NCBI GenBank assembly: GCA_964636105.1
Contig: CAZWRD010000005.1
Location: forward strand, 1 to 52,254
Source of the DNA: an uncultured Bacteroides sp.
Lineage (GTDB): Bacteria; Bacteroidota; Bacteroidia; Bacteroidales; JACABE01
DNA: 52,254 nucleotides
Direction of reading: 5' to 3'
Shown piece by piece: positions 29,866-39,983 of this stretch; the first letter of the stretch is position 1; every line of letters starts with the position of its first letter. The notes under the pieces were generated by a model. The model had not been told where the DNA came from. It did no database searches and saw only the letters and a list, made by a program, of their open reading frames with translations. Made by a program: the position numbers and the translations under genes.

Positions 29866-31368
29866 TTAAGGAATTATAATAGTTAATTTATCAATAATTG
29901 GCTGCAAACTGTCGCCAATCATATCAGAAAGCCAAAGCGGGGCAATACCAATAGCAGCTATTGCCATTATCAAAGTTACTGTCGATAATTTTTCGTACCA
30001 TTTGGCATCATCTAAATGCAGATAATGATCGTTTTTGATAGGACCAAAAAGCAATGCACCCACCACTCTTAAAATATAAACAGCAGTAATTACAATAGAA
30101 GAAACAGCAACAATGGTTGCTACTCTATGGAAGGTATCAACATGTTGGAAAGAACCTACAAAAATAGTCATTTCGGCAACAAAACCACTTAATCCGGGTA
30201 AACCTAATGAAGCTAAACCAGCAATTACATAAGCAACACCCAAAAATGGCATTACTTTCATCAAACCACCCATTTCGTTTATCATACGTGTATGAGTTCT
30301 GCCATAAATCATCCCAATTAACGCAAAGAAAAGAGCTGTCATTAAACCATGAGAAATCATCTGAAGTATAGCACCATCCATAGCCGTTTTATTCATCATC
30401 AGCACAGCGAACAAAACCAAACCACAATGGCTAACAGAAGAATATGCATTAATGTATTTTAAATCTTTTTGAACAATCGCACCAAAAGCACCATAAACAA
30501 CGCTAATAGATGTTAAAATAATAAATATCCATGATAATTCATGAGCAGCATCAGGCAATAAGAAAATGGCAACCCTAAACGCACCATAACCGCCTAATTT
30601 CATCAAAACTCCGGCATGCAGCATAGAAACGGCTGTAGGAGCAGAAGCATGACCATCAGGAGACCAAGTATGGAAGGGAAATAATGCACCTAAAATACCA
30701 AAACCTACAAATGTCATAGGAAAGAACATTCTTTGAGCTTCAATAGGAATATGAACTTTGGCAATTTCCAAAATGTTAAAAGTTAAAGGTCCGCCATTTG
30801 GAGCCGAATTGGTATAAATACCCAATAAACCAACCATCAATAAAGCAGAACCACCCATTAACATCAATGTCAGTTTCATAGCTGCATACTCTTTTGGACC
30901 GCTACCCCAAATACCAATAAGCAGATACATAGGAATTACCGCAACTTCATAAAACAAGAACATGGTGAAAATATCCAACGAAATAAAAAATCCAAAGACC
31001 CCTGAAGATAATAATATCAATGAGATAAAGAATTCTTTAGGTAGGAAATCTACTTTCCATGATGCAAACACTCCGGCAAATACAACAATTGATGTAAGTG
31101 CAATCATTGCTACCGAAATTCCGTCAACACCAACAGTATAATGAATATTAAGAGCCTCATACCACATAATATCTTTCATAAATAACATTTCGGCCATATT
31201 GCCGGCATTTCTCTCGGCAAAATATGCATAAATCAAATAAGCAGCCAATAACAATTGAACACCCATTCCGATTGCAGAAATAAGTCTGGTTTGCATCGGA
31301 TTTTTAACCAGCATTATAGCTAATACTGTAATTACTGGTACAATAACAAATAATGATAAAATGTCCAT
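29866..31368 (-). CDS. nuoM: NADH-quinone oxidoreductase subunit M
   Basis: GVDGIS, PFHTWSPDGHASAPT, LMKLGGYG, AYSSVSH, LGLPGLSGFVAE. Confidence 0.95.
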   Translation of the reverse strand: MDILSLFVIVPVITVLAIMLVKNPMQTRLISAIGMGVQLLLAAYLIYAYFAERNAGNMAEMLFMKDIMWYEALNIHYTVGVDGISVAMIALTSIVVFAGVFASWKVDFLPKEFFISLILLSSGVFGFFISLDIFTMFLFYEVAVIPMYLLIGIWGSGPKEYAAMKLTLMLMGGSALLMVGLLGIYTNSAPNGGPLTFNILEIAKVHIPIEAQRMFFPMTFVGFGILGALFPFHTWSPDGHASAPTAVSMLHAGVLMKLGGYGAFRVAIFLLPDAAHELSWIFIILTSISVVYGAFGAIVQKDLKYINAYSSVSHCGLVLFAVLMMNKTAMDGAILQMISHGLMTALFFALIGMIYGRTHTRMINEMGGLMKVMPFLGVAYVIAGLASLGLPGLSGFVAEMTIFVGSFQHVDTFHRVATIVAVSSIVITAVYILRVVGALLFGPIKNDHYLHLDDAKWYEKLSTVTLIMAIAAIGIAPLWLSDMIGDSLQPIIDKLTIIIP

Positions 31369-31380
31369 CTCTTTTTTTAT

Positions 31381-33303
31381 TTAATTTGAAAATAAATAAA
31401 TGAATAGTATTCCTAATAATACAGCACTGCTTACAAAAACAAAAGCATATTGCTGTACCTGACCAGATTGCAAACCTTTAATGCGAATTGAAGCAAAATT
31501 GGTGATCCATGCAATTCCATCCATAGTAGCGTCAACTACGTGTCGGTCGAACCAGGCAACTGGACGTGATATGTAATTGAAAATGATTTTTTTGGTTACA
31601 AAAAGATAAATTTCGTCGAAATAAAATTTATTATAAGCACCAACATATAATAACTTAAATGAAGACCCAATTTTATTAGGGATAGTAGTTTCTTTTTTAT
31701 ACATTATAAATGCAATGGCAATACCTAAAAATCCCGCAACAATAGATGGTATAGCAACAATCCACTCGATATGTGCTTCAAAAGGCAAACCATCGGAAGT
31801 AACTAATTTGCTGAAAGGTATATAACCTGCAAATATAGAAGCTATTGCTAAAAAAATCAGTGGAATTGACATTGTTAGCGGTCCTTCGTGTGGGGTATGA
31901 TGATAATGTGTATCCCGATTCCAGAAAATACGGAAATATAAACGGAACATATAAAATGCTGTTAATCCTGCTACAAACAATTGTACTGAAAAAATAAGTT
32001 TGTTATGATGAAATGCAGCTGTTAAAATTTCATCTTTACTAAAAAATGCTGAAAGGAAAGGAACACCAGCTATTGTTAAGCAAGCAATTAAAAACGTAAT
32101 ATGTGTAATTGGTAAATATTTACGCAAACCGCCCATATCAGTCATTACATTTGAATGCACAGCATGAATAATAGCACCTGCCCCTAAGAACAACAAAGCT
32201 TTAAACATGGCATGAGTAAATAAATGGAACATAGATGCCATAAAACCAAGTCCTTCATGTCCACCATAACCCGATACACCCACTCCAACCATCATATAAC
32301 CAATTTGCGACATAGTAGAAAAGGCCAGCACTCGTTTTATATCATATTGAGTACAGGCAATTACCGCAGCAAACAATGAAGAGAATGAACCTACATAGGC
32401 AACAACCGTTAACCCATCAGGCGCAGACAATGCATATACAGGAAATAATCGAGCAACCAAATAAACACCAGCAACAACCATGGTAGCAGCATGAATTAAT
32501 GCAGAAACAGGTGTTGGACCTTCCATTGCATCTGGCAACCAAATATGTAATGGAAACATAGCTGATTTACCTGCACCACCTATAAAAACAAAAATCAACG
32601 ACCATGTCATGGTAGATAGTCCCATAAAAGCAATACCGCTTCCAGCTGCAATTGCTGGTCCGTTAATATCAGTTAGCGAGATAAAATCAAAAGTTCCTGT
32701 GTTGAATGATAAAATTAAAATCCCGATTAAAAAACCCAAATCGGCAAATCGAGTTACAATAAAAGCTTTTTTGGAAGCTGAAACCGCAGATGGTTTTTCG
32801 TAATAAAAACCAATTAATAAAAAGGAAGAAACACCAACCAATTCCCAAAAAATATACATCTGGAAAATATTGGTAGCTACTACCAATCCTAACATCGAAA
32901 AGCTGAATAAGGACAGAAAAGCATAAAAACGATGAAATCCTTTTTCACCTTTCATATATCCAAGACTATAAATATGAACCATTAACGAAATTGTGGTTAC
33001 AACAATCAGCATCATTACCGAAATAGGATCTAAAAGAACACCCATATCAACATGAAGCTTTTCTGTAAAATTTATCCATACAGTGTTAAAAGCCAATATT
33101 TTCTGATATGCTCCGTTTATTTTCTCAGTATTGAAAAAATATTGATAAGCAGTAAAATATGATAATATAGCTGCAATGGATAATCCAGTTGTTCCGATTA
33201 AACCTGAAATGATAGGCTTCATTTTATGACCCGTTAAACCGATAATCAGAAAAAAGAAAATCGGAATAAGTGGGATTAATATTGTATAACTAAAATCTGT
33301 CAT
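31381..33303 (-). CDS. nuoL: NADH-quinone oxidoreductase subunit L
   Basis: WELVGVSSFLLIGF, GKSAMFPLHIWLPDAMEGPTPVSALIHAATMV, HAMFKALLFL. Confidence 0.96.
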   Translation of the reverse strand: MTDFSYTILIPLIPIFFFLIIGLTGHKMKPIISGLIGTTGLSIAAILSYFTAYQYFFNTEKINGAYQKILAFNTVWINFTEKLHVDMGVLLDPISVMMLIVVTTISLMVHIYSLGYMKGEKGFHRFYAFLSLFSFSMLGLVVATNIFQMYIFWELVGVSSFLLIGFYYEKPSAVSASKKAFIVTRFADLGFLIGILILSFNTGTFDFISLTDINGPAIAAGSGIAFMGLSTMTWSLIFVFIGGAGKSAMFPLHIWLPDAMEGPTPVSALIHAATMVVAGVYLVARLFPVYALSAPDGLTVVAYVGSFSSLFAAVIACTQYDIKRVLAFSTMSQIGYMMVGVGVSGYGGHEGLGFMASMFHLFTHAMFKALLFLGAGAIIHAVHSNVMTDMGGLRKYLPITHITFLIACLTIAGVPFLSAFFSKDEILTAAFHHNKLIFSVQLFVAGLTAFYMFRLYFRIFWNRDTHYHHTPHEGPLTMSIPLIFLAIASIFAGYIPFSKLVTSDGLPFEAHIEWIVAIPSIVAGFLGIAIAFIMYKKETTIPNKIGSSFKLLYVGAYNKFYFDEIYLFVTKKIIFNYISRPVAWFDRHVVDATMDGIAWITNFASIRIKGLQSGQVQQYAFVFVSSAVLLGILFIYLFSN

Positions 33304-33321
33304 AATATGTATGTTTTATTT

Positions 33322-33639
33322 TTAGTATTTCATTTTGTCAGTTTCTTCCACATCAATAGAATTGAAGCTTCGGTAAATATTAATAATAATTGCAATTGCA
33401 ACAGCAGCCTCGGCAGCAGCTACAGCAATTATAAACAGAGCAAAGAAATGCCCTTCTAATTGTCCTGGATACAAATATCTGTTGAAAGCGATAAAAATAA
33501 TATTTACTGCATTCAACATCAGCTCTACAGACATCAATATTGTAATTAAATTTTTACGGGTAATAAAACCGTAAACACCAGCAAAAAACATTAAAGTTGC
33601 TGTTACTAAAAAATATTCAATTGGTATTACTGTATGCAT
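33322..33639 (-). CDS. nuoK: NADH-quinone oxidoreductase subunit K
   Basis: ILMSVELMLNAVN, AVAAAEAAVA. Confidence 0.95.
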   Translation of the reverse strand: MHTVIPIEYFLVTATLMFFAGVYGFITRKNLITILMSVELMLNAVNIIFIAFNRYLYPGQLEGHFFALFIIAVAAAEAAVAIAIIINIYRSFNSIDVEETDKMKY

Positions 33640-33641
33640 AA

Positions 33642-34166
33642 CTATTTTGTTTTTACTTTTTTAGCTACTACAATTGCTGCAATCATTGCTGCAAGTAATA
33701 AAATACTGATTAATTCAAAAGGAAGCGCATAGCCTTGTTCGCCCCAGCTTATCAGACTATTTCCTATTAAATTCATATCTACATTTTTAGCAGGTTCAAT
33801 TCCTGGCAAAAATGTATAGCTTAATAAGGTGTTGATAACCAGTATGGCACCTAAAATAGAGGCAATTGCTCCATACACTTTTTTTAATAATGCTGGTGAT
33901 TCAAATTTTTCGTCGATATGGCTGGTAAGCAATACCGAAAAAATGATAAGTACCACAATACCACCTGCATATAAAGTTAGCTGAACTGCTGCCAGAAACT
34001 GATAATTCAACATAAAGTATAAACCCGAAGTTGAAATTAAAACCAGTAGCAAATAAACAGCTGCTCTTAATATTCTGCGGCTAGTAACTGTTAATATTGA
34101 GAATATCACAATCATAGCTGAGAATAAAATAAACATTATTTGATTTCCTGATAAAATATAGTCCAT
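33642..34166 (-). CDS. nuoJ: NADH-quinone oxidoreductase subunit J
   Basis: FLAAVQLTLYAGGIVVL, YALPFELISILLL. Confidence 0.93.
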   Translation of the reverse strand: MDYILSGNQIMFILFSAMIVIFSILTVTSRRILRAAVYLLLVLISTSGLYFMLNYQFLAAVQLTLYAGGIVVLIIFSVLLTSHIDEKFESPALLKKVYGAIASILGAILVINTLLSYTFLPGIEPAKNVDMNLIGNSLISWGEQGYALPFELISILLLAAMIAAIVVAKKVKTK

Positions 34167-34184
34167 TTTTTATTATTTAAATGA

Positions 34185-34673
34185 TTATGAATTATTCTTT
34201 ACTTTTTCTTTTAATGAAGATCCTGGTTTATTCAGTGTTTTTATCAATTTATCTCTGTTATAAACTGCATGTTCAAAACCCTGTGAAAATTCAATAGCAT
34301 CTTGTGGGCAAACTTTTATACAAATACCACAAAATGTACACATCGACAATTTATAAATATAAGTATCAAGTTCTTTTTTCTTTTTGCCATCTTCTTTTTC
34401 CACCTGACGGCTAATTACTTCAATACTGCCATTGGGACAATTGATTTCGCAAATGCTACAAGCTGTGCATTTATGCTGATTATTTTCGTCGTGAGGCATA
34501 CTTACTTCGCCTTTAAATCTGTCGAACATTTTTAAAGTCTTACGGTTTTCTGGATATTGCTGTGTTACAATCTCTTTTGGATGAACAAAGTAATAACCTG
34601 TAACTTTCATACCGGTTAATAAGGTTTTGATGCCTCCGAACAATTCTTTTAAGTATTCTATAATTGCATTCAT
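34185..34673 (-). CDS. nuoI: NADH-quinone oxidoreductase subunit I
   Basis: TQQYPE; two CxxCxxCxxxCP motifs. ATG 34673 preferred over TTG 34679. Confidence 0.93.
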   Translation of the reverse strand: MNAIIEYLKELFGGIKTLLTGMKVTGYYFVHPKEIVTQQYPENRKTLKMFDRFKGEVSMPHDENNQHKCTACSICEINCPNGSIEVISRQVEKEDGKKKKELDTYIYKLSMCTFCGICIKVCPQDAIEFSQGFEHAVYNRDKLIKTLNKPGSSLKEKVKNNS

Positions 34674-34700
34674 TCTCAATAAATTCTATTTAATTGTTAT

Positions 34701-35789
34701 TTAGAAATGCCATCCCATCAACACAATAAGTGCCATAAGGATAATATTGAACAAGTTAATTGGTAATAAATATTTCCATTCGAGTTTCAACAATTGGTCG
34801 ATTCTCAAACGTGGGAAAGTCCATTTAAACCACATCATTAAAAATATTACAACCAAAGTTTTACCCATATACCAGAAGAATGGTGGAATATAATCCATTA
34901 CATTATTAAATCCTTCCCATCCACCTATATGTAATGGCATCCAACCACCCCAGAATACTGTAGCAGCAATAGAAGCAACAATAAACATATTCATATATTC
35001 AGCAAGGAAAAAGAAAGCAAACTTAATACCTGAATATTCAGTATGGAAACCTGCAGTTAATTCAGATTCAGCCTCTGCCAAATCAAAAGGACCTCTGTTG
35101 GTTTCGGCAGTTCCTGCTATTATAAAAATTATAAAAGCAATAATTGCAGGGATATGTCCTGTAAAAATAAACCATCCGTTGCGTTGCGCTTCCACAATTT
35201 CTGAAAGTTGCATAGTTCCTGCCAATATTACAATAGTTACCAGCGACATTCCGACTGATAATTCGTAACTAACTATTTGAGCACCACTACGCATAGCTCC
35301 GATAAGCGAATATTTATTATTACTCGACCATCCTGCTAATAAAATTCCGATTACGCCTAATGATGAAACAGCCATAACATAAAATACACCAATGTTAAAG
35401 TCTATTGCATGCAAGCCTAATCCGAAAGGTATAGCAGCAATTGCCATAAAAGAAGCAATAATTACAATAAAAGGAGCCAGATTAAATAAAAACTGATCAG
35501 CTTTTCTGATATGAATAATTTCTTTCATCAGCAGTTTTATGAAATCTGCAAATGTTTGAAATATGCCATAAGGACCAACCCTGTTGGGTCCTACACGATT
35601 TTGTATAAATGCACAAACTTTACGTTCTGCATAAACCAAAAACAATCCAACCAATGCATAAAACAACAAAAAAGCTACACCAATTAGGGTCATTTCGATT
35701 ATTAATGCCCAAAATGGTGGTAAATTGTCATATAAAAACGTATCTATTGATTGGTTAAACGAAGTGAAATCGTAAATATTAAATGCCAT
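34701..35789 (-). CDS. nuoH: NADH-quinone oxidoreductase subunit H
   Basis: ERKV...[42 protein letters not shown]. Confidence 0.96.
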   Translation of the reverse strand: MAFNIYDFTSFNQSIDTFLYDNLPPFWALIIEMTLIGVAFLLFYALVGLFLVYAERKVCAFIQNRVGPNRVGPYGIFQTFADFIKLLMKEIIHIRKADQFLFNLAPFIVIIASFMAIAAIPFGLGLHAIDFNIGVFYVMAVSSLGVIGILLAGWSSNNKYSLIGAMRSGAQIVSYELSVGMSLVTIVILAGTMQLSEIVEAQRNGWFIFTGHIPAIIAFIIFIIAGTAETNRGPFDLAEAESELTAGFHTEYSGIKFAFFFLAEYMNMFIVASIAATVFWGGWMPLHIGGWEGFNNVMDYIPPFFWYMGKTLVVIFLMMWFKWTFPRLRIDQLLKLEWKYLLPINLFNIILMALIVLMGWHF

Positions 35790-35831
35790 TTTCTCTTTAT
35801 TTGTTAATGTTACAATTAAAAATTAGCCAAA

Positions 35832-36956
35832 CTATCTGTCAATATCCGGAATTACTAAATCTAATGAACCTCCTATTGCTACCAAATCTGCAATTTTATG
35901 ACCAGCAGCTATTTTGTTGATTGCTGATAAGTTGCTAAAATTTGGTGAACGGAATTTGATGCGGTAAGGATATTTTTCGCCTGTGCTTAAAACATAAACG
36001 CCAAACTCACCACGAGCAGCTTCTACTCTTTGATAGTATTCACCTTCAGGCAATTTTATGATTGGTTTCATTTTTACGGCAAAATCGCCCTCTGGTATAT
36101 TATCAATCAATTGCTCGATAATTTTCATTGATTCCCACATTTCTTCAACCCTTGCTTTGTAGCGATGGAAAGAATCTCCTTTAGTGTATAAAACTTCTCT
36201 GAATTCAACTTTATCATAAGCACTGTATGGATGATGCTTTCTTACATCACATGCAAAACCTGAACCTCTTCCTGAAGGACCTGTAACACCATAACTAATA
36301 GCATCTTCGAGTGATAGAATTCCAATATCATTGGTTCTTTCCTTCAAAATTACATTGCCAGTTAAAAGTTCATCATATTCAGGTAACTTCTTTCTGAAAT
36401 AAACGATAAAGTCTTTAACTCTTTTTATAAAATTGGGATGAATATCGTTCATAAAACCACCTGGAACATTAAAACTTTGCAATAAGCGGGCTCCGGTAGT
36501 TTCTTCAAAAATATCTAGAATATGCTCTCTGTCGCGTAAGCCATAAAAATAGGTTGTTAAAGCACCTAAATCCATTCCAAAAGCACACCACCATAACTGA
36601 TGTGATGCCAAACGTGTTAATTCATCCAGAATGGTACGTATATATTTTACTCTTTCAGGTACTTCTATCTGCAATGCATTTTCAACCAAAAGACAAACTG
36701 CTTCGTTGTTGATATGTGCAGACAAATAGTCCATACGATCGGTAAGATGTATAATTTGCTGATAAGTAAGTCTTTCACACATTTTTTCGATGCCACGATG
36801 GATATATCCGCAATGTGGTTCTATTCTTTCGACAGTTTCTCCTTTTAAAGAAATTTTCAATCGCAAAACACCGTGTGTTGACGGATGTTGAGGACCCATA
36901 TTTACAATGTATTCCTCTTCTTGTATTCCTTTGCTGTTTGTAATGAATTCTTCCAT
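35832..36956 (-). CDS. nuoD: NADH-quinone oxidoreductase subunit D
   Basis: NMGPQHPSTHGVLRL, GYIHRGIEK, DRMDYLS, C-terminal DIDR; no NiFe-binding CxxC motifs. Confidence 0.96.
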   Translation of the reverse strand: MEEFITNSKGIQEEEYIVNMGPQHPSTHGVLRLKISLKGETVERIEPHCGYIHRGIEKMCERLTYQQIIHLTDRMDYLSAHINNEAVCLLVENALQIEVPERVKYIRTILDELTRLASHQLWWCAFGMDLGALTTYFYGLRDREHILDIFEETTGARLLQSFNVPGGFMNDIHPNFIKRVKDFIVYFRKKLPEYDELLTGNVILKERTNDIGILSLEDAISYGVTGPSGRGSGFACDVRKHHPYSAYDKVEFREVLYTKGDSFHRYKARVEEMWESMKIIEQLIDNIPEGDFAVKMKPIIKLPEGEYYQRVEAARGEFGVYVLSTGEKYPYRIKFRSPNFSNLSAINKIAAGHKIADLVAIGGSLDLVIPDIDR

Positions 36957-36959
36957 AAA

Positions 36960-37418
36960 CTATCTTGTAACTATGTTATTATCAGTATAATCTTTGCGTA
37001 ATGGATGTCCAACCCAATCCTCTTCATTTAAAAACATTCTTCTCATATCGGGATGATTTATAAAATCAATACCAATCAAGTCATATACTTCGCGTTCATG
37101 AAATTCGGCAGTAAACCATATATTGCTAACTGTTGGTAATATGGCATTTTCGCGATTAGCTGTTTTTGCTTTCATAACGATAGCATGTGCATGTTTGGTT
37201 GACTCCAGATGATATACAACTTCGCAAGCATCTGCCAGATCGTTGCCAGTTAAACAAAAAAGATAATCAAAACTAAGTTCTGATGTGTTTTTTAGTAGCT
37301 GGGCAATATTGTGTAATTTTTCAGGAGAAACGTTCAATGTAAGATATTGAGGTCCTTCTGAAATATTGAGAGATGGATCTAATGATAGAATCTTCTCTTT
37401 TAATTGTTCGTTATTCAT
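36960..37418 (-). CDS. nuoC: NADH-quinone oxidoreductase subunit C
   Basis: EREVYDLIGIDF..HPDMRR, GHPLRKDY. Confidence 0.95.
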   Translation of the reverse strand: MNNEQLKEKILSLDPSLNISEGPQYLTLNVSPEKLHNIAQLLKNTSELSFDYLFCLTGNDLADACEVVYHLESTKHAHAIVMKAKTANRENAILPTVSNIWFTAEFHEREVYDLIGIDFINHPDMRRMFLNEEDWVGHPLRKDYTDNNIVTR

Positions 37419-37544
37419 CTGTTTATTTATTATTAATTAATTTGTACAGATGGAACTCGCCAATACTTCATTTGCTGAATACTTATTATTTGAATAAAGT
37501 AGCATGGCTCGTTTCATTTTACTTATTTATAAAAGAATTGAAAA

Positions 37545-38114
37545 CTATTTATTATCTGTTTCAGCAAAAGTGTCCGGTTGTTTGCGCGGATTTCTGATGG
37601 TTTCTGTTTGTATTTTGCGTTGCAATTGCATTACTCCATACAAAAGAGCTTCAGGACGTGGCGGGCAACCAGGAATGTAAACATCCACAGGAATTACATT
37701 TTCTACACCTTTAATTACATGATATGAATTGTAATAAAACGGACCTCCTGATATTGCACATGCACCCATTGCAATTACATATTTTGGCTCAGGCATTTGA
37801 TCGTACAAACGTTTAAGAACGGGAGCCATTTTGTTTACAATGGTACCGGCTACAACTATAACATCTGCTTGTCGTGGACTAGCACGATAAACCTCGATGC
37901 CAAAGCGTGCAAAATCGTGGCGGGAAGCTCCGGCTGCCATCATTTCGATACCGCAACATGCTGTTGCAAAGGTAAGTGGCCATACCGAATTGGAGCGTCC
38001 CCAGTTGATGATAGCATCTACTGTTGTGAAAAATAAATTTCCTCCGGTTTGTTTGAAGAGTTCCAACGTTTCGTTATCGTTGAAATCTTCGTACTTCATT
38101 GATTTTATTCCCAT
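37545..38114 (-). CDS. nuoB: NADH-quinone oxidoreductase subunit B
   Basis: [38 protein letters not shown]; start at ATG 38114 overlapping the end of nuoA. Confidence 0.95.
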   Translation of the reverse strand: MGIKSMKYEDFNDNETLELFKQTGGNLFFTTVDAIINWGRSNSVWPLTFATACCGIEMMAAGASRHDFARFGIEVYRASPRQADVIVVAGTIVNKMAPVLKRLYDQMPEPKYVIAMGACAISGGPFYYNSYHVIKGVENVIPVDVYIPGCPPRPEALLYGVMQLQRKIQTETIRNPRKQPDTFAETDNK

Positions 38115-38455
38115 ATTAAAGCATGTTTTTTCCAGGCATATAATAATCCCAGACCAAGAATTAAAAAGAATATGATTATTTCGATAAATGCAGCAATCCC
38201 CATCGATTTCATAATGGTAGCCCATGGAAACAGAAATACGGTTTCTACATCGAATATCAGAAACAATATGGCAAACAAATAATAACCTACGTTAAATTGT
38301 AGCCAGGTTTTTCCTTGTGTTGGAATTCCGCATTCGTAAGGTTCTGATTTTTGTGGGTTTGTTGATTTTGGTGGTACCAGGCTCGAGAATATCAAAGCCC
38401 CTCCTACCAACACTACTGCAACAATAAAGAATAGAATTAAACTTTCACTGTTCAT
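38105..38455 (-). CDS. nuoA: NADH-quinone oxidoreductase subunit A
   Basis: [31 protein letters not shown]. Confidence 0.96.
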   Translation of the reverse strand: MNSESLILFFIVAVVLVGGALIFSSLVPPKSTNPQKSEPYECGIPTQGKTWLQFNVGYYLFAILFLIFDVETVFLFPWATIMKSMGIAAFIEIIIFFLILGLGLLYAWKKHALIWE

Positions 38456-38543
38456 ACAACTTGATATAAAATGAAAAAATTAACGTGCAATATTATAAAA
38501 AAAAATCTTCTTAATCAAGTTTTTCTGAATTTATCATAATAAT

Positions 38544-38559
38544 ATTGATAATTGTCAAT
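38544..38559. promoter_or_regulatory. FNR/Crp-like palindrome in the divergent nuoA / DHODH-like intergenic region
   Basis: ATTGATAATTGTCAAT, one mismatch from TTGAT-N4-ATCAA; the AT-rich background lowers confidence. Confidence 0.4.
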
Positions 38560-38857
38560 GCTATTTTAGTCCTGTTTTTCTTTATTAAAATGTAATTAGC
38601 GCTATATGAAAAATATTAATTTTTTATTTCTTCATTCAATTCTACGATTTTATAAGTCTAATTATTTTATATGAGCAAAGTTATTTTTTACATTTAAATA
38701 TAGATTTTTTTGTTTATAACGAATAGCTTGATTATTTATAAAAAAAACAATAAAAAATATTTGCAGTATAAAATTATAATATTAATTTTACTTTTTCATA
38801 TTTTGAAAAATTATTCTTTAAAAATCATTTATTCATAGTACTATAGAGTAAAATATT

Positions 38858-39892
38858 ATGGCAAATTTAAGCACAAGTTACTTGGGATTACAACTTAAAA
38901 ATCCCATTATAGTTAGTAGTTCAGGGCTCACTAATTCAATTGAAAATCTAAAAAAAATGGAAGCTGCCAATGCCGGAGCTATTGTGTTGAAATCTATTTT
39001 TGAAGAACAAATAATGATGGAGGCTGATAAATTTATTGACAGCACCGATCCTTCGTTAAGTGCAATGAAAAAAGGGTTTAATGATATTCTTACCAATAGA
39101 AGCTACGATTATGTTGAGGCTATGGATTATATGAGCAATTTTGCCAAAGAACATAGCCTGAAAGAATATCTGAATTTTATAAGCTTGGCGAAAAAATCAG
39201 TGAATATTCCAATAATTGCAAGTATTAATTGTGTATCGGCTTACGATTGGAGTTTCTTTGCCAAAAGAATTCAGGAAGCAGGTGCCGATGCTTTAGAGCT
39301 TAATTTTTATATACTCCCATCTGATATTAATAAAACTGCAGCTAATTACGATGAAATGTATAAAAAAATTATCAGTGATGTAAAAAAATATGTAAGTATT
39401 CCTATTTCTTTAAAGTTGAGCTATTATTCATCAAGTCTGGTAAATACATTTGTTGATTTATCAAAATCGGGTATTTCTGGCATGGTATTATTCAATAAAC
39501 CATATAATCCTGATATAAATATAGATAAGATAGAAATTTCAACGGGAAGAATTTACAGTTCAGCAGATGAATATCTTCGTTCGTTAAGATGGACTGCAAT
39601 ATTATCGGGCAGAGTAGGATGCGATATAGCTGCTTCAACAGGAGTACATAATTACGAAACCGTTGTTAAGTTAATACTGGCTGGTTCAAATGCTGTTCAG
39701 GTAGCTTCTTTACTTTACGAAAAAGGAATAGAAGAAATTAATACACTGGTAAATGGGTTAAATAAATGGATGGATGAACACAATTTTAAATCAATCGATG
39801 AATTCCGTGGAAAATTATCGCAGATAAATATCGAAAATCCTGCGGTTTTAGAGCGTGTTCAGTTTATGAAATCTTATGCACAAATCATTTAA
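38858..39892 (+). CDS. Dihydroorotate dehydrogenase-like FMN flavoprotein
   Basis: LKNPIIVSSS, AGAIVLKSIFEEQI, PIIASIN, GADALELN, IPISLKL, STGVH, AVQVAS; the catalytic SCP loop is replaced by FYILP. Confidence 0.88.
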   Translation: MANLSTSYLGLQLKNPIIVSSSGLTNSIENLKKMEAANAGAIVLKSIFEEQIMMEADKFIDSTDPSLSAMKKGFNDILTNRSYDYVEAMDYMSNFAKEHSLKEYLNFISLAKKSVNIPIIASINCVSAYDWSFFAKRIQEAGADALELNFYILPSDINKTAANYDEMYKKIISDVKKYVSIPISLKLSYYSSSLVNTFVDLSKSGISGMVLFNKPYNPDINIDKIEISTGRIYSSADEYLRSLRWTAILSGRVGCDIAASTGVHNYETVVKLILAGSNAVQVASLLYEKGIEEINTLVNGLNKWMDEHNFKSIDEFRGKLSQINIENPAVLERVQFMKSYAQII

Positions 39893-39945
39893 GAAATTAA
39901 AGATAGGATGAATTAGAATTAACCTATCTCTTTTTTAATATATTT

Positions 39946-39983
39946 AGTAAGCGTGTGAATTTACATCACACGCTTACTTTTTT
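39946..39983. terminator. Terminator hairpin between convergent genes
   Basis: AGTAAGCGTGTGA-ATTTACA-TCACACGCTTACT followed by a T tract; a second weaker hairpin AGATAGG...CCTATCT lies at about 39901-39929. Confidence 0.8.

Noticed and set aside
35832-38114. Group 4 NiFe hydrogenase interpretation of the membrane complex
   Set aside because: The large subunit has DRMDYLS and DIDR in place of the two CxxC Ni-binding motifs, and NuoB has the tandem CC of complex I.
38114-38225. Extended N-terminus of NuoB in the ORF track
   Set aside because: It lies inside nuoA; the ATG at 38114 gives a normal-length NuoB.
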